From assembly GCA_947168905.1 (NCBI GenBank), contig CAMVNR010000002.1, positions 1,898 through 65,897 on the forward strand: DNA of 64,000 nt, read 5' to 3'. This stretch comes from an uncultured Lachnospiraceae bacterium. Lineage in GTDB: Bacteria; Bacillota; Clostridia; Lachnospirales; Lachnospiraceae. A program made the translations under genes and the position numbers. A model generated the notes under the pieces. That model was not told the origin of the DNA. It saw nothing but the letters and a program-made list of their open reading frames with translations, and searched no databases. This document shows, piece by piece, positions 1 to 9,781 of this stretch; position 1 is the first letter of the stretch, and each line of letters starts with the position of its first letter.

Positions 1-1995
1 TTCCTTAATGGGATTTCGAAGGTTCTTCCGGAAAGAAGCTATCCGGGCGAATTCGGCGCACGGGTATTCAAGGTTTCCTATGACGACTCGGGGAACAGGC
101 TTCTGCATATGAAAATCACCGGGGGAAGGCTCAGCGTAAGAGACAGCATCGAGGGCCTCTCCAGGGATGAAAAGATTTCGCAGATCCGTATCTACACCGG
201 GGAACGCTATGTGCCGGCGGAGTCCGTGTCCGCCGGGGATCTGTGCGTCGTTACGGGCCTGAAAAGTGTGGAAAACGGTGCGGGCCTCGGAATCGAGAAG
301 GGAAGCCGGGAGCCGGTTTTAAACCCGGTGATGCGCTATACGATTGTGCTTCCCGAGGGCGTGGATCCGATGCAGGTCATGCCGGATTTTATCAGGCTCT
401 CGGAGGAGGATCCGGCGCTTCAGATCACCTGGGATCCGAAGCTTGCCGAAATTCAGGCGGGGCTCATGGGCGAGGTGCAGGCGGAAATTCTGAAAAGCCT
501 GATTCTAAGCCGCTTTGGGCTGCGCGTCGAGATTGTCAACGGACATGTGCTTTACAGGGAAACCGTTGAAAATACTGTGGAAGGCATCGGACACTATGAA
601 CCCCTCAGGCACTATGCGGAGGTGCACCTGAAGATTGAACCGCTGCCGCGCGGCTCCGGAATCGTGCTAAGAAGCGCTCTATCGACGGACAGCCTTGATA
701 AAAACTACCAGAACCTCGTGCTGCAGCACCTCGTGGAGAAGGAACACCTCGGCGTCCTTACGGGAAGCCCGCTGACCGATGTCCGGATCACCCTGACGGC
801 CGGAAGGGCACATTTGAAGCATACGGAGGGCGGTGATTTCAGGGAAGCGACTTACCGCGCTCTGAGAATGGGCCTGATGCGCGCAAAAAGCTGCCTTTTA
901 GAGCCCTGGTATCGTTTCCGGTTAGAAATACCGCAGACGGCCTTAAGCCGCGCTATGACCGATATTAAGCGCTTTAAAGGCACCTTCCTGCCGCCGGTCT
1001 ATTCCGAAGACCGGGTGCTCCTGTCGGGACGCGCACCGGTTTCGGAGATGAATTCGTACCAGCAGGAGGTTTTGGGGTACTCCGGAGGTACGGGTCACCT
1101 GTCGCTCGACTTTGACGGCTACGACCGCTGCCACAACGCGGAAGCGGTGATCGAAAGGATCCACTATGATCCGGAGGCGGATCTTGACAATTCGCCGGAT
1201 TCGGTATTCTGCGCGCACGGCGGGGGGTTCTTAGTCAAATGGCAGGACATACCGAAGTACATGCATCTTCCCGCGACGGTAGAGGAAGAGGTTTATATGC
1301 GGGGCATAAGCGAAGCGTCCGCAAAGACGAATACTCCTTCAATAGACCGGGGCGGGAGCGGCAGAACCCTCGCCTCCGACCGGGAGCTGGAGGAAATCAT
1401 GCTGCGGGAATTCGGGCCGATCCGAAGAGCGGAGTACGGAAAGAGCCGTACGGTTCTGAAGGCTTCGGGGCAGGAAGAGCAGACGGACCCGAAAAAGACT
1501 GTGCTTCTCATTGACGGCTACAATGTCATTTTCGCCTGGGAAGAGCTTCGGGAGCTCGCAGAGACCGACATCCAGGCGGCAAGAGAGGCGCTCATTGCAA
1601 TCGTGACAGACTACAGCGCTTTCAGGGCGATGGAAACGGTGCTGGTTTTCGACGGATACCGTGTATGGCAGAATCCGGGGGAGACCGTGATCCGCCCCTA
1701 TGTGACGATTGTTTACACAAAAGAGCGCGAGAGCGCGGACCTTTATATCGAGCAGCTTCTTATGAAGCTCCCGAAGGGAAGGAAAGGCGAGATTGTGACT
1801 TCCGACGGCATGATTCAGCTGGCAGGATTACGGTACGGCGCCCTCCGGGTGTCCTCGGGAGAGTTCAGGGAACGCGTGCAGGAAGCAAAGTTCGAAATCG
1901 GTGAGATTCTGATGCGCGCGAGGGAAAAGAGCCGGTCGACGATCGGAGAGATCCTTGCGGATGTGGAAGTGAAAGAGAAAGAACAGGAGCAGTAG
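1..1995 (+). CDS. Translation-factor GTPase family protein (TetM/EF-G-like domains II-V), 5' end off-window, fused to a C-terminal YacP/Rae1-like NYN ribonuclease domain
   Basis: Frame 1 is open from base 1 (FLNGISKVLPERSYPGEFGARVFKVSYDDSGNRLLHMKITGG...), so the ORF-track start at 109 is internal. The N-terminal ~400 aa resemble TetM/EF-G domains II-V (FKVSYD..., EDPALQITWD, EPLRHYAEV, LEPWYRFRLEIP). The C-terminal ~150 aa match the YacP pattern (LLIDGYNVIFAW...VLVFDGY...TIVYTKERESADLYIE...EIVTSDGMIQ). Confidence 0.8.
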   Translation, partial: FLNGISKVLPERSYPGEFGARVFKVSYDDSGNRLLHMKITGGRLSVRDSIEGLSRDEKISQIRIYTGERYVPAESVSAGDLCVVTGLKSVENGAGLGIEKGSREPVLNPVMRYTIVLPEGVDPMQVMPDFIRLSEEDPALQITWDPKLAEIQAGLMGEVQAEILKSLILSRFGLRVEIVNGHVLYRETVENTVEGIGHYEPLRHYAEVHLKIEPLPRGSGIVLRSALSTDSLDKNYQNLVLQHLVEKEHLGVLTGSPLTDVRITLTAGRAHLKHTEGGDFREATYRALRMGLMRAKSCLLEPWYRFRLEIPQTALSRAMTDIKRFKGTFLPPVYSEDRVLLSGRAPVSEMNSYQQEVLGYSGGTGHLSLDFDGYDRCHNAEAVIERIHYDPEADLDNSPDSVFCAHGGGFLVKWQDIPKYMHLPATVEEEVYMRGISEASAKTNTPSIDRGGSGRTLASDRELEEIMLREFGPIRRAEYGKSRTVLKASGQEEQTDPKKTVLLIDGYNVIFAWEELRELAETDIQAAREALIAIVTDYSAFRAMETVLVFDGYRVWQNPGETVIRPYVTIVYTKERESADLYIEQLLMKLPKGRKGEIVTSDGMIQLAGLRYGALRVSSGEFRERVQEAKFEIGEILMRAREKSRSTIGEILADVEVKEKEQEQ

Positions 1996-1998
1996 AAT

Positions 1999-3648
1999 AT
2001 GCTTAGAGACGGAAAAATCTGGATAGCACAGAGCTTTGACGGCAGGGACATTTTCCTGGAGCCGAAGATGGCCAACCGCCACGGACTGATCGCCGGCGCG
2101 ACCGGCACCGGCAAGACGATTACCTTAAAGGTGCTCGCGGAAAGCTTCAGCCAGATGGGCGTGCCCGTGTTCCTCGCGGACGTGAAGGGCGATCTCGCGG
2201 GGATGTGCGTGCCCGGCGAAGACTCGGAAAATATGAGAAAGAGGATCGAAAAATTCGGCCTTTCGGAGCACGGGTTTCATTATCACGGCTTCCCTTCGGT
2301 TTACTGGGACATTTACGGAAAGCGCGGAATCCAGCTGAGAACGACGGTGTCCGAAATGGGCCCGCTGCTCCTTTCCCGTATTCTGAACCTGAACGAGCTG
2401 CAGAGCTCGATCCTGACGATTGCTTTCAGAATCGCGGACGACAACGGCCTGATCCTGACGGATACGAAGGATCTGAAGGCGCTTCTGAACTTCATCGAAG
2501 AGAACCGGGAGGAGCTGGAGCCCGGGTACGGGAAGCTCGCTCCGGTATCGATCGGCGCGATTATGCGCGCCGTCGTGACGCTTGAAATTGACGGCGGAGA
2601 TATTTTCTTCGGAGAGCCGGCGCTTCAGATCTCGGACTGGTTCACGACGGATGACCAGGGACTCGGAACGATTCATATTCTGGATTCGTCGACCCTGATC
2701 AACAACGGCCGTCTGTATTCCACTTTCCTTCTGTGGTTTTTGTCGGAGCTTTTCGAGACCCTGCCGGAAATCGGAGACCCGGAAATGCCGAAGATGGTCT
2801 TCTTCTTTGACGAGGCGCATCTTCTGTTTAACGGGATTCCGGACGCGCTTCTTGAGAAGCTGACCCAGGTGGTGCGGCTCATCCGAAGCAAGGGCATCGG
2901 CGTCTATTTCATTACACAGAATCCGAGGGATATCCCGGACGTGGTGCTTGCCCAGCTGCAGAACAAGATCCAGCACGCCCTGCACGCCTATACGCCGGCG
3001 GAGCAGAAGGCGGTGAAGGCCGCAGCCCAGTCTTTCCGCGAAAATCCGGACTTTTCCACCTTTGACGCGATCCAGGAGCTCGGCACCGGACAGGCGGTCG
3101 TCTCCTTCCCCGATGAAAGGGGAATCCCCTCCGTCGCGGAAACGGCGAATATCCTGCCGCCCGAAAGCCTGATGGGCACGATTGACGACGCGAAGAGGGA
3201 GCAGGAAATCAGCGCCTCTTCCCTGTGCGGAAAATACCGGGAGGCGACAGACGGCTTCTCGGCTTATGAATTCCTGATGCGCCGCGGGGCGGAGGATGCT
3301 GCGGGGGCCTGTATGGAAGACACGGAGGAAGAAGACGAGGCTTCAGAGGCACAGGAGGAGCGCGATGCCTACGGCAATTATACCTTCGCCGGATCCAAGT
3401 ATGCGGATAAGGTGAAGAGCCCAAAGGGAAGCGAGAAAGCTTCCGGAAAAGCTTCCTCTTCAGGCAGAAAGAAGCAGACCGCGGCTGAGAAAGCCGCGAA
3501 GGCAACCGGCAAATCCATGGCCGGATCTCTCGGAAGGGAAGTCGGCAAGGCAGCAGGCTCCGTACTCGGCAGGACCGGGAAAAGAATCGGAGGAAATTTC
3601 GGAGCAGCGCTCGGCAGAGGTCTGTTCAGCACCCTGTTTTCAAAATAA
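1999..3648 (+). CDS. HerA-like / DUF853 (YjgR-type) P-loop NTPase with Gly/Lys/Ala-rich C-terminal tail
   Basis: Walker A GATGTGKT and Walker B-like MVFFFDEAHLLF. Overall length and layout fit the DUF853 family. The ATG lies 4 nt after the upstream stop, preceded by AGGAG. Confidence 0.8.
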   Translation: MLRDGKIWIAQSFDGRDIFLEPKMANRHGLIAGATGTGKTITLKVLAESFSQMGVPVFLADVKGDLAGMCVPGEDSENMRKRIEKFGLSEHGFHYHGFPSVYWDIYGKRGIQLRTTVSEMGPLLLSRILNLNELQSSILTIAFRIADDNGLILTDTKDLKALLNFIEENREELEPGYGKLAPVSIGAIMRAVVTLEIDGGDIFFGEPALQISDWFTTDDQGLGTIHILDSSTLINNGRLYSTFLLWFLSELFETLPEIGDPEMPKMVFFFDEAHLLFNGIPDALLEKLTQVVRLIRSKGIGVYFITQNPRDIPDVVLAQLQNKIQHALHAYTPAEQKAVKAAAQSFRENPDFSTFDAIQELGTGQAVVSFPDERGIPSVAETANILPPESLMGTIDDAKREQEISASSLCGKYREATDGFSAYEFLMRRGAEDAAGACMEDTEEEDEASEAQEERDAYGNYTFAGSKYADKVKSPKGSEKASGKASSSGRKKQTAAEKAAKATGKSMAGSLGREVGKAAGSVLGRTGKRIGGNFGAALGRGLFSTLFSK

Positions 3649-3669
3649 GGACGGAGGTAGAAGAAAGTC

Positions 3670-4551
3670 ATGATCACTATTGAATCACCCCGCCTCCGCG
3701 TCGAGATCGCGGAGCCGAATAAGGAGGAGAATACCTGCAGATTTGACCGTGCAGGATACATTACCCAGGTGACGCTGGACGGAAAATATGAATTCTGCAC
3801 TGCGGAATACGGCGGAACGAACGGCAAAGGCCTGTGCAGCGAGATTAAATTCGACCCGCTGTCCGAAAAGGTGCCGGTGGGCGGAAAATTCTTAAAGCCC
3901 GGCGTCGGAATCCTGACAAAGGTTGACGAACACCCCTACATCTTCATGCGCAGCTATCCTGTCATCCCCTTCCCGATCAGCGTGGAGGACCGCGGCTATC
4001 AGGCGGTGTTCAGGACGACGCCGATCGAGATCGAGGGCTATGCAATCCGTCAGAAAAAGACGGTGACCGTGTATGAGAACCGTCTTCGTATGGACTATGA
4101 ATATGAAAATGTCGGGCATCTGTCCGTGGACTTTACGGAATATGTCCACAATTTCGTCTCGCTGAACCACCGGCCGGTCGACCAGAGCTATGTGCTTCGG
4201 ATGCCTGCGATGAATTTGCCGGAGGGGGACTGCGCCATGCCCCGCAGGAAGGAGGCCGGCCCGTCCGGTGTCTACTGCGACAAAGAGGGCTTAAAGACCC
4301 GCGCGGCGGACTTCTATGACAGCATGATCATGTTCGACCCGTCCTGTGTCAACCATGATGTGAAGCCTTTTGAATGGACGATTGCCTCCTCCAGGGATGC
4401 TCTCTCGATCCGCGAGAAGGACTTTTTCGATCCCTCCCACATGTATGTCTGGACGGTCGGCGAGATTCTCTCCCCGGAGGTCTTCGCCCATGTCACAATG
4501 GACCCGGGCGAAGTCGCCGTCTATCACAGGGAGTGGGAATTCAATGACTGA
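3670..4551 (+). CDS. Hypothetical protein (possibly beta-sandwich, mutarotase-like; not confidently assigned)
   Basis: 293-aa ORF with a GGAGG-like RBS upstream and codon usage like its neighbours. No diagnostic motif recognised. Confidence 0.55.
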   Translation: MITIESPRLRVEIAEPNKEENTCRFDRAGYITQVTLDGKYEFCTAEYGGTNGKGLCSEIKFDPLSEKVPVGGKFLKPGVGILTKVDEHPYIFMRSYPVIPFPISVEDRGYQAVFRTTPIEIEGYAIRQKKTVTVYENRLRMDYEYENVGHLSVDFTEYVHNFVSLNHRPVDQSYVLRMPAMNLPEGDCAMPRRKEAGPSGVYCDKEGLKTRAADFYDSMIMFDPSCVNHDVKPFEWTIASSRDALSIREKDFFDPSHMYVWTVGEILSPEVFAHVTMDPGEVAVYHREWEFND

Positions 4552-4615
4552 CATCCGTCTTTTTCACGGATGATTTACGCTGCAAATCATATAAAACGAA
4601 ACAGGAACGAGCGCA

Positions 4616-7600
4616 TTATTTCCAGGATTCTATGGCGAAGGACGAATCCTTTTCAAGGCGGATGCTGTCTGTCTCGGCAGTAATCGTCCGCTTCTCCCCG
4701 GGCATCATGATAAGGTAGTTGTCGCTCCAGAATACCGGCAGGACATCCGCACCGTCCGGTGAAAGGAGACGGATGCGTACGCCGATCGAAGGCGCTTCGT
4801 TGTTCGAGATTTCAAGCGTGATGCGGGTTTTTATGCGGCCGTCTTTCGGATCCGTGAATTCTGTCCTGCCGGTTTCCAGAAGACAAAGGTCACTCGGGGG
4901 AAGCAGACAGAGCGCGCGGTAATCCTGGTAATCCTTTCGGTTGTACCAGTAGGTATTCTGCCCGAGAAGCCTGCCTTCTTCGTCCGTCATGGTGAGACGC
5001 AGGAAGACAAGATCCGTGTCGGATGCCGAAAAATCCGCATTTCCGACCACAAGTCCGTACGCGTCTGCAGGAAGCTCAGAAATCCGGTGCTCTTTATGAT
5101 CAAGCGGCTGTCCGTACAGATTGAAGAGATCCTCGGAAACGAGGACTTTTTCATAGGCCTTCGGCGAAGCGTTTGCCGCGAGAATCCGACATTTTCCCGG
5201 ATCAAAGAAGGCGCGGGTCGGCTGATTGCCGGCCTTTGTCCCGAAATAGCCGCCGTTGGTGTACAGGTAATAATCGTAGGTCTGCCACATAAATGACGGC
5301 CAGGAGGACTGGCTCATCCACATCAGAAGACCGTTCGAAAGTCGGGAAGAAAGCGCCTCAAACATCCCGCGGTGATGCTCATAGTTAATGAGCTGGGAAG
5401 CCTTGAAGAAGTCCCGGACATCCCAGGCCTTTGCGGCCTCTTCGCACATCTTCGCAATGTCTTCCTTATACTGCCTGAAGACCGGGTCCGAATCCTTCGG
5501 CGCCTGGCCCTGCACATGATCCTCCGGAACCGTAAACTCGCCGCCGAGAATGTTTTTCACGGCTTCCATATAGGTGTTCGCGGGCCCGTTCATATGATAG
5601 GTCCAGTCGTGAAGCGCCCAGGTTTCGCTGATCGGCCAGAGATGCTCCGGGCGAACGAACTTCAGGGCGGACTCGTACTCGGGGACGTTCGGTATTCCGC
5701 GCTCCGAACGGAGGACGGAAGAGGTAACGTCGTTATAGTACTGCCGGACACCGCCTGTTTCGCCGGGACGCGCGAGCTGGTATCCGCCGCCGGAGCCAAC
5801 TGGCGCCGCTGCGGAGTGCGGGAAATAGATCCTTGTGCCGTCAAGCACTGCTGTCAGCTTCAGAAGTCCTTCGTGAATATCTTCCCGGGGATTTCCCTCG
5901 TTCCGTCCGCAGTAGAAGACGAGCGAAGGATGGGAGCGCACCCGCCGGATTTTGTCCGCGGCGTTACAAAGGAACATTTCCGGGTCATCCGGTTCCGGTC
6001 CGTCGACCGGGTTTGCGAGCCAGAAGTCGTCCCAGATCAGGATTCCATAGCGGTCGCAGGCGTCGTAAAGCGCCGGGTGGTTCGTCATGCCGACCCAGTT
6101 CCGGATCATGGTCATATTGGCTTCGGCGTGCAGCCGGACCTTATTGAACAGGACCTCTCTCGTGTCACGCTTCAGGCCGTCGTCGAGACCCCAGTTTCCG
6201 CCCTTCGCGACAATCCGGACGCCGTTGCAGTAGAGGGTGAGAAGTCCGCCCTCAATCGGGGTGTCGAAGCGGCGGACGCCGAAATCAAAGGTTTTCCGGT
6301 CGCTTATGCAGCCGCTTTCTTCCAGCCGGACCTCACAGGTGTAGAGCGGCTGATCGCCGTAGGTATTCGGCCACCAGAGCTTCGGCTCTGAAAGCACAAG
6401 GGGCAGGCAGATGTCAAGCGTACTGTTTCCGGGGATGGCAAAGTCTTCGGAGAATTCCGGACCGTCCGGAAGGATTTTTCCGCACAGACGGACGGATTTC
6501 TCCTCCCCGCCAAGGTTCTTCAGTGCCGCCAGGAAGCTAAGCTCCGCCCTGGAGGTATCGAGTGTATAGCTGTGCTTTGTCGCCTGCTCGACCTCCTCGG
6601 GGGTTTCAGCATAGACACGGATTTTCCGGACAATCGTATCGACGGCTCTTCCGCTTAGTTCGCGCTGCTTTTCTACGGTAAAGCGTAGGAAGCGCGCTTC
6701 CGCAGGCTGTACGACAGGACGGTTTTCAATTCCGCGTCCGAAACGCTTCAGATCGAGGGCAACGATTGCCGTCGCGCCGGGACAGGTGTCGGAAATCGAA
6801 TGGCCGGGAAGGAGCCTGGTCCCGGGATTTTCAGGTGCATCCAGAAGACCGAAGAAGCGGACCGGAACCTTTCCGCCGGGGTAAGCGTCTAAGGGACGCC
6901 AGTTCACACCGTCTTCCGAAGTTTCCAGCCGGAAGCATTCCGGGTGGCGCGATTCGAAATCCGCCGCAGCGCCGCCGGCCTCGGTGCCCCACACGAGCGT
7001 AACCGCGCCGATGGGAACGGGCTTCCCGAAGTCCGCGGTAAAGCTGTCGCCGTCTTTACCGACCCATTCTTCGAAAGCTTCTCCGGGACAGACTGCTTTT
7101 TGATGGCTGACAGAGGTGCCTTTTCGAAGCATCAGGTCTTCTGTCGGGATCGCCGTCGACTCTTTAAGAAGCGGAAGATCCGTCTTCATCCAGGGGTCCA
7201 TGAGGAGCACGCCGCCCGAGGCCGTGACGGAGACATCGCCAAGGATGCCGATATTGCGTCCGCGGATGGTCGGAAGCCAGTCCCAGCCGACCGCCGCATG
7301 GCAGGTCGGGTTGTCCGCGCCGAGCTTCCCGCCGTTCGGACCGGGGCCGAAAGCAAGTCCCTGCGTTGTGACTTCTCCGGGAGTGTCATTCTTCAGAATC
7401 CGGACCGCGAGGAAGTTCTCTTCTCCGAAATGAACGAACGATGTCACATCGAATTTCGCGCGGACAAAAGCGCCTTCGATCGAATGAGCGCGGCCGGGCG
7501 CAGCGTTTTTCAGAAAGACGCCGTTAAAGAAGATATCGGCCTTCCAGTTGATTTCTTCAAAATTCAGGAAAATGTGCTGTCCTTTAGCGGTGTCCGGGAT

Positions 7601-8275
7601 CACAAAATGATTCCGGTACCAGAAGTCCGCGGTGAAGAATTCCTCCGAAACCTGGAACTGGTCGTCGTCGTAGAAGGGATCGGGAATGGCGCCGGCTTCA
7701 AGATAGGAATTCAGCACGGTGCCCGGAACGACGGCAGGCAGCCATCCGCTGTCGTCGTAACCTGCCTGCGAGAGCGTTTCGCCGCCGTGAGAGATCTCCG
7801 ATGCGCGTTCGACGCGCCAGTTTCCGCCGGTAAGAAGCTGCGTTCCGTTTTCGCCCGGCGAAGGAAGCTTCGGGAGAGCATACACAAGATCGTTTTCACC
7901 GAAGACCGAGACCTGGAAGATTTCATAGCAGTCGCCGGAGCATTCCCTAAGAAGCAGCTTAACATACCGCCCGGAACCGTGGAAGACAGACTCGGAGCTG
8001 CCGTTTTTGACACCTGAACCTGAGGCAGCTTCTATGAAATCGCTTCCGCTGTCCGACAGCTGAATGATGAATTCCCGCGAAAAAGCTTCGCCCCAGCGGA
8101 TGGATAACGAAGATATTTCCGAGACAGCGCCAAGATCAATGAGAAGCCATTCTTCCCGGTTTCCTTTGCTTTTCCAGGGAATATTCACCGGATTTGTGAC
8201 GAGATGGCCCGTGTTCGCGTAATTACACGCGCTCGAGTGCAGCACGGAGCGGTTCCTTGCGAGATCTCTTGTCAT
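4616..8275 (-). CDS. Glycoside hydrolase family 2 protein with N-terminal F5/8 type C (discoidin) domain
   Basis: 1219 aa. The N-terminus is discoidin-like (WKSKGNREEWLLIDLG...IRWGEAF). The GH2 sugar-binding and TIM-barrel region includes NFEEINWKADIFFNG, GGNWGLDDG, MIRNWVGM and ILIWDDFW. No signal peptide seen. Confidence 0.8.
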   Translation of the reverse strand: MTRDLARNRSVLHSSACNYANTGHLVTNPVNIPWKSKGNREEWLLIDLGAVSEISSLSIRWGEAFSREFIIQLSDSGSDFIEAASGSGVKNGSSESVFHGSGRYVKLLLRECSGDCYEIFQVSVFGENDLVYALPKLPSPGENGTQLLTGGNWRVERASEISHGGETLSQAGYDDSGWLPAVVPGTVLNSYLEAGAIPDPFYDDDQFQVSEEFFTADFWYRNHFVIPDTAKGQHIFLNFEEINWKADIFFNGVFLKNAAPGRAHSIEGAFVRAKFDVTSFVHFGEENFLAVRILKNDTPGEVTTQGLAFGPGPNGGKLGADNPTCHAAVGWDWLPTIRGRNIGILGDVSVTASGGVLLMDPWMKTDLPLLKESTAIPTEDLMLRKGTSVSHQKAVCPGEAFEEWVGKDGDSFTADFGKPVPIGAVTLVWGTEAGGAAADFESRHPECFRLETSEDGVNWRPLDAYPGGKVPVRFFGLLDAPENPGTRLLPGHSISDTCPGATAIVALDLKRFGRGIENRPVVQPAEARFLRFTVEKQRELSGRAVDTIVRKIRVYAETPEEVEQATKHSYTLDTSRAELSFLAALKNLGGEEKSVRLCGKILPDGPEFSEDFAIPGNSTLDICLPLVLSEPKLWWPNTYGDQPLYTCEVRLEESGCISDRKTFDFGVRRFDTPIEGGLLTLYCNGVRIVAKGGNWGLDDGLKRDTREVLFNKVRLHAEANMTMIRNWVGMTNHPALYDACDRYGILIWDDFWLANPVDGPEPDDPEMFLCNAADKIRRVRSHPSLVFYCGRNEGNPREDIHEGLLKLTAVLDGTRIYFPHSAAAPVGSGGGYQLARPGETGGVRQYYNDVTSSVLRSERGIPNVPEYESALKFVRPEHLWPISETWALHDWTYHMNGPANTYMEAVKNILGGEFTVPEDHVQGQAPKDSDPVFRQYKEDIAKMCEEAAKAWDVRDFFKASQLINYEHHRGMFEALSSRLSNGLLMWMSQSSWPSFMWQTYDYYLYTNGGYFGTKAGNQPTRAFFDPGKCRILAANASPKAYEKVLVSEDLFNLYGQPLDHKEHRISELPADAYGLVVGNADFSASDTDLVFLRLTMTDEEGRLLGQNTYWYNRKDYQDYRALCLLPPSDLCLLETGRTEFTDPKDGRIKTRITLEISNNEAPSIGVRIRLLSPDGADVLPVFWSDNYLIMMPGEKRTITAETDSIRLEKDSSFAIESWK

Positions 8276-8353
8276 AACAAGTCTCCTTCATTGGTTCTTT
8301 TAGGATGAAATGAGTTGTCCGAAAAATGGGATGCGGTCCCTTGACTCATGAAC

Positions 8354-9379
8354 TTACAGTTTTCTCGGTTTGATCCGAACTTCGCCGCTTCCAAGCGGCG
8401 TGAGTACATCTTCGCCGGGGAAGCGCACGAGAAGCCGGCAGTGATCGTCGATATCGACGGCTTCCGCCGCTTTTTCTGTGCCGTCCGGCAGGAGTACATC
8501 AACGGTCTCTCCGAGAACAAGCATGCGGGAACGGTATTCGGGAAGGAAGGTCCGCTCCTGAAGCCCCCGGTAAAGCGGAAGAAATTCCCGTAAGAAGGCT
8601 GCGGCGAGTTTAACACGCGCGCCGGCCGGCTTCCCGGATGAGAACAGTCCGCCCGCGACCTCCCGGATTTCGGCCGGCCATCCGCCTTCCGGCGATACGA
8701 GATTGAAACCGAGCCCCAGAACCGCCTGGTCAAATCCGCCGGTCTCCATGGAAAGAAGGCCTTCCGTGAGAATTCCGCAGACCTTGTGCCCGTGGTAATA
8801 GAGGTCATTGACCCATTTGATCATTACCTTCTCATGTCCCTCGGGAAGAAGCGCCTCGACAGCGCGCGAGGCTGCGACGCCGGCCATTGCGGTGATCAGC
8901 ACCGCTTCCGCGGCAGGAATCGACGGCCTTAAGAGAATGCTTAAATAGAGCCCGGAGCCTTTCGGCGAATAGAAGCTTCGCCCCTGTCTTCCGCGGCCCG
9001 CAGTCTGGGATTCCGCGAGGAGGACAAAGCCCTCCCGCTCGCCTCGGATCCCGGCTTCCCGTACGTCGGTATTCGTGGAGCCGGTTTTGGGCGTCGTATG
9101 TATTTCATAGAATGCGCGCGCGTCTTCAGGAAGAAGCGCGCGGATTTCCGCCGCGTTGAAGCGGTCTTTCTCTTCGGAATCGTCCGGAAGAAGCATCCGG
9201 TAGCCTAAGTTTTGCGTGCCTTCGATCCGGTAGCCTTCCTCCCGGAGTGCGCAGATCGCTTTCCAGACGGCTGTCCGGCTGACCTGAAGATCCTCCGCGA
9301 GCGATTCACCGGAGACGGCGGCGTTCTGATGCTCCAGGAAAAACTGGAGAATGCGTTCTTTAACAGTTATTTTACTCAT
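8354..9379 (-). CDS. birA: Bifunctional biotin-[acetyl-CoA-carboxylase] ligase / biotin operon repressor
   Basis: N-terminal winged HTH (GESLAEDLQVSRTAVWKAICALREEGYRIEG) and the biotin-binding motif GRGRQGRSFYSP, followed by the ligase core. Confidence 0.9.
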   Translation of the reverse strand: MSKITVKERILQFFLEHQNAAVSGESLAEDLQVSRTAVWKAICALREEGYRIEGTQNLGYRMLLPDDSEEKDRFNAAEIRALLPEDARAFYEIHTTPKTGSTNTDVREAGIRGEREGFVLLAESQTAGRGRQGRSFYSPKGSGLYLSILLRPSIPAAEAVLITAMAGVAASRAVEALLPEGHEKVMIKWVNDLYYHGHKVCGILTEGLLSMETGGFDQAVLGLGFNLVSPEGGWPAEIREVAGGLFSSGKPAGARVKLAAAFLREFLPLYRGLQERTFLPEYRSRMLVLGETVDVLLPDGTEKAAEAVDIDDHCRLLVRFPGEDVLTPLGSGEVRIKPRKL

Positions 9380-9699
9380 CTTTCCCCTGTTTTTTGGTGT
9401 TTAGAAGGAAGTGAGAACGGTTTTCAGGCGGTCCTTCCTTCTTTTTTGGGAAGACTATTCACAGATAATCCCCGGTTCCTTTAGTATAGCAGATACGGGG
9501 AGAGAATGAAACTGTTTTTTTGACAGGGGCAGGAGTATTTATGATGAATGTGTTGCTGAACGAAGTCTGTTTACGATAACGGCAGAAGGATCGAAAGATG
9601 GGAAAGGAGCACTTGTATCTGTCGATGCATTCTACGCATGTGTATTACAGAATTCTGTGCCGGTTCGTTAAATTGAATATATGCGATTCTTTTTTTGAT

Positions 9700-9735
9700 C
9701 GGCAGGCTTTTTGGAATGGCCTGCCGTTTTTCTTT
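9700..9735 (+). terminator. Orphan Rho-independent terminator-like hairpin
   Basis: cggcaggc (9700-9707) pairs with gcctgccg (9719-9726), followed by TTTTTCTTT. No annotated + strand gene lies upstream of it. Confidence 0.5.
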
Positions 9736-9752
9736 AGGATTTCATTTGCAAA

Positions 9753-9781
9753 TTGTCAAATGACAGGGTATATGCTATGAT
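9753..9781 (+). promoter_or_regulatory. Candidate sigma-A promoter upstream of the NUDIX gene
   Basis: TTGTCA (9753-9758), 17-nt spacer, TATGAT (9776-9781). Confidence 0.35.

Noticed and set aside
4552-4572. Small hairpin catccgt-ctttttc-acggatg between convergent genes as a terminator
   Set aside because: The stem is only 7 bp with no clear T-run on either side. It is too weak to call.
5372-8017. Long + strand ORFs (5372-6391, 6944-8017 and others) inside the GH2 gene
   Set aside because: They lie antisense to a 1219-aa ORF with clear GH2 and discoidin motifs. Their translations are Arg/Gly/Pro-rich with no motifs, which is typical of shadow ORFs in GC-rich coding DNA.
8272-8808. 178-aa minus-strand ORF overlapping the 3' part of birA
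   Set aside because: It is an out-of-frame overlap with the well-supported birA gene, and its composition is low-complexity and Arg/Ser-rich.
9598-9780. 60-aa ORF in the birA-NUDIX gap
   Set aside because: It has no RBS and odd composition, and it reads straight through a terminator hairpin and a candidate promoter.
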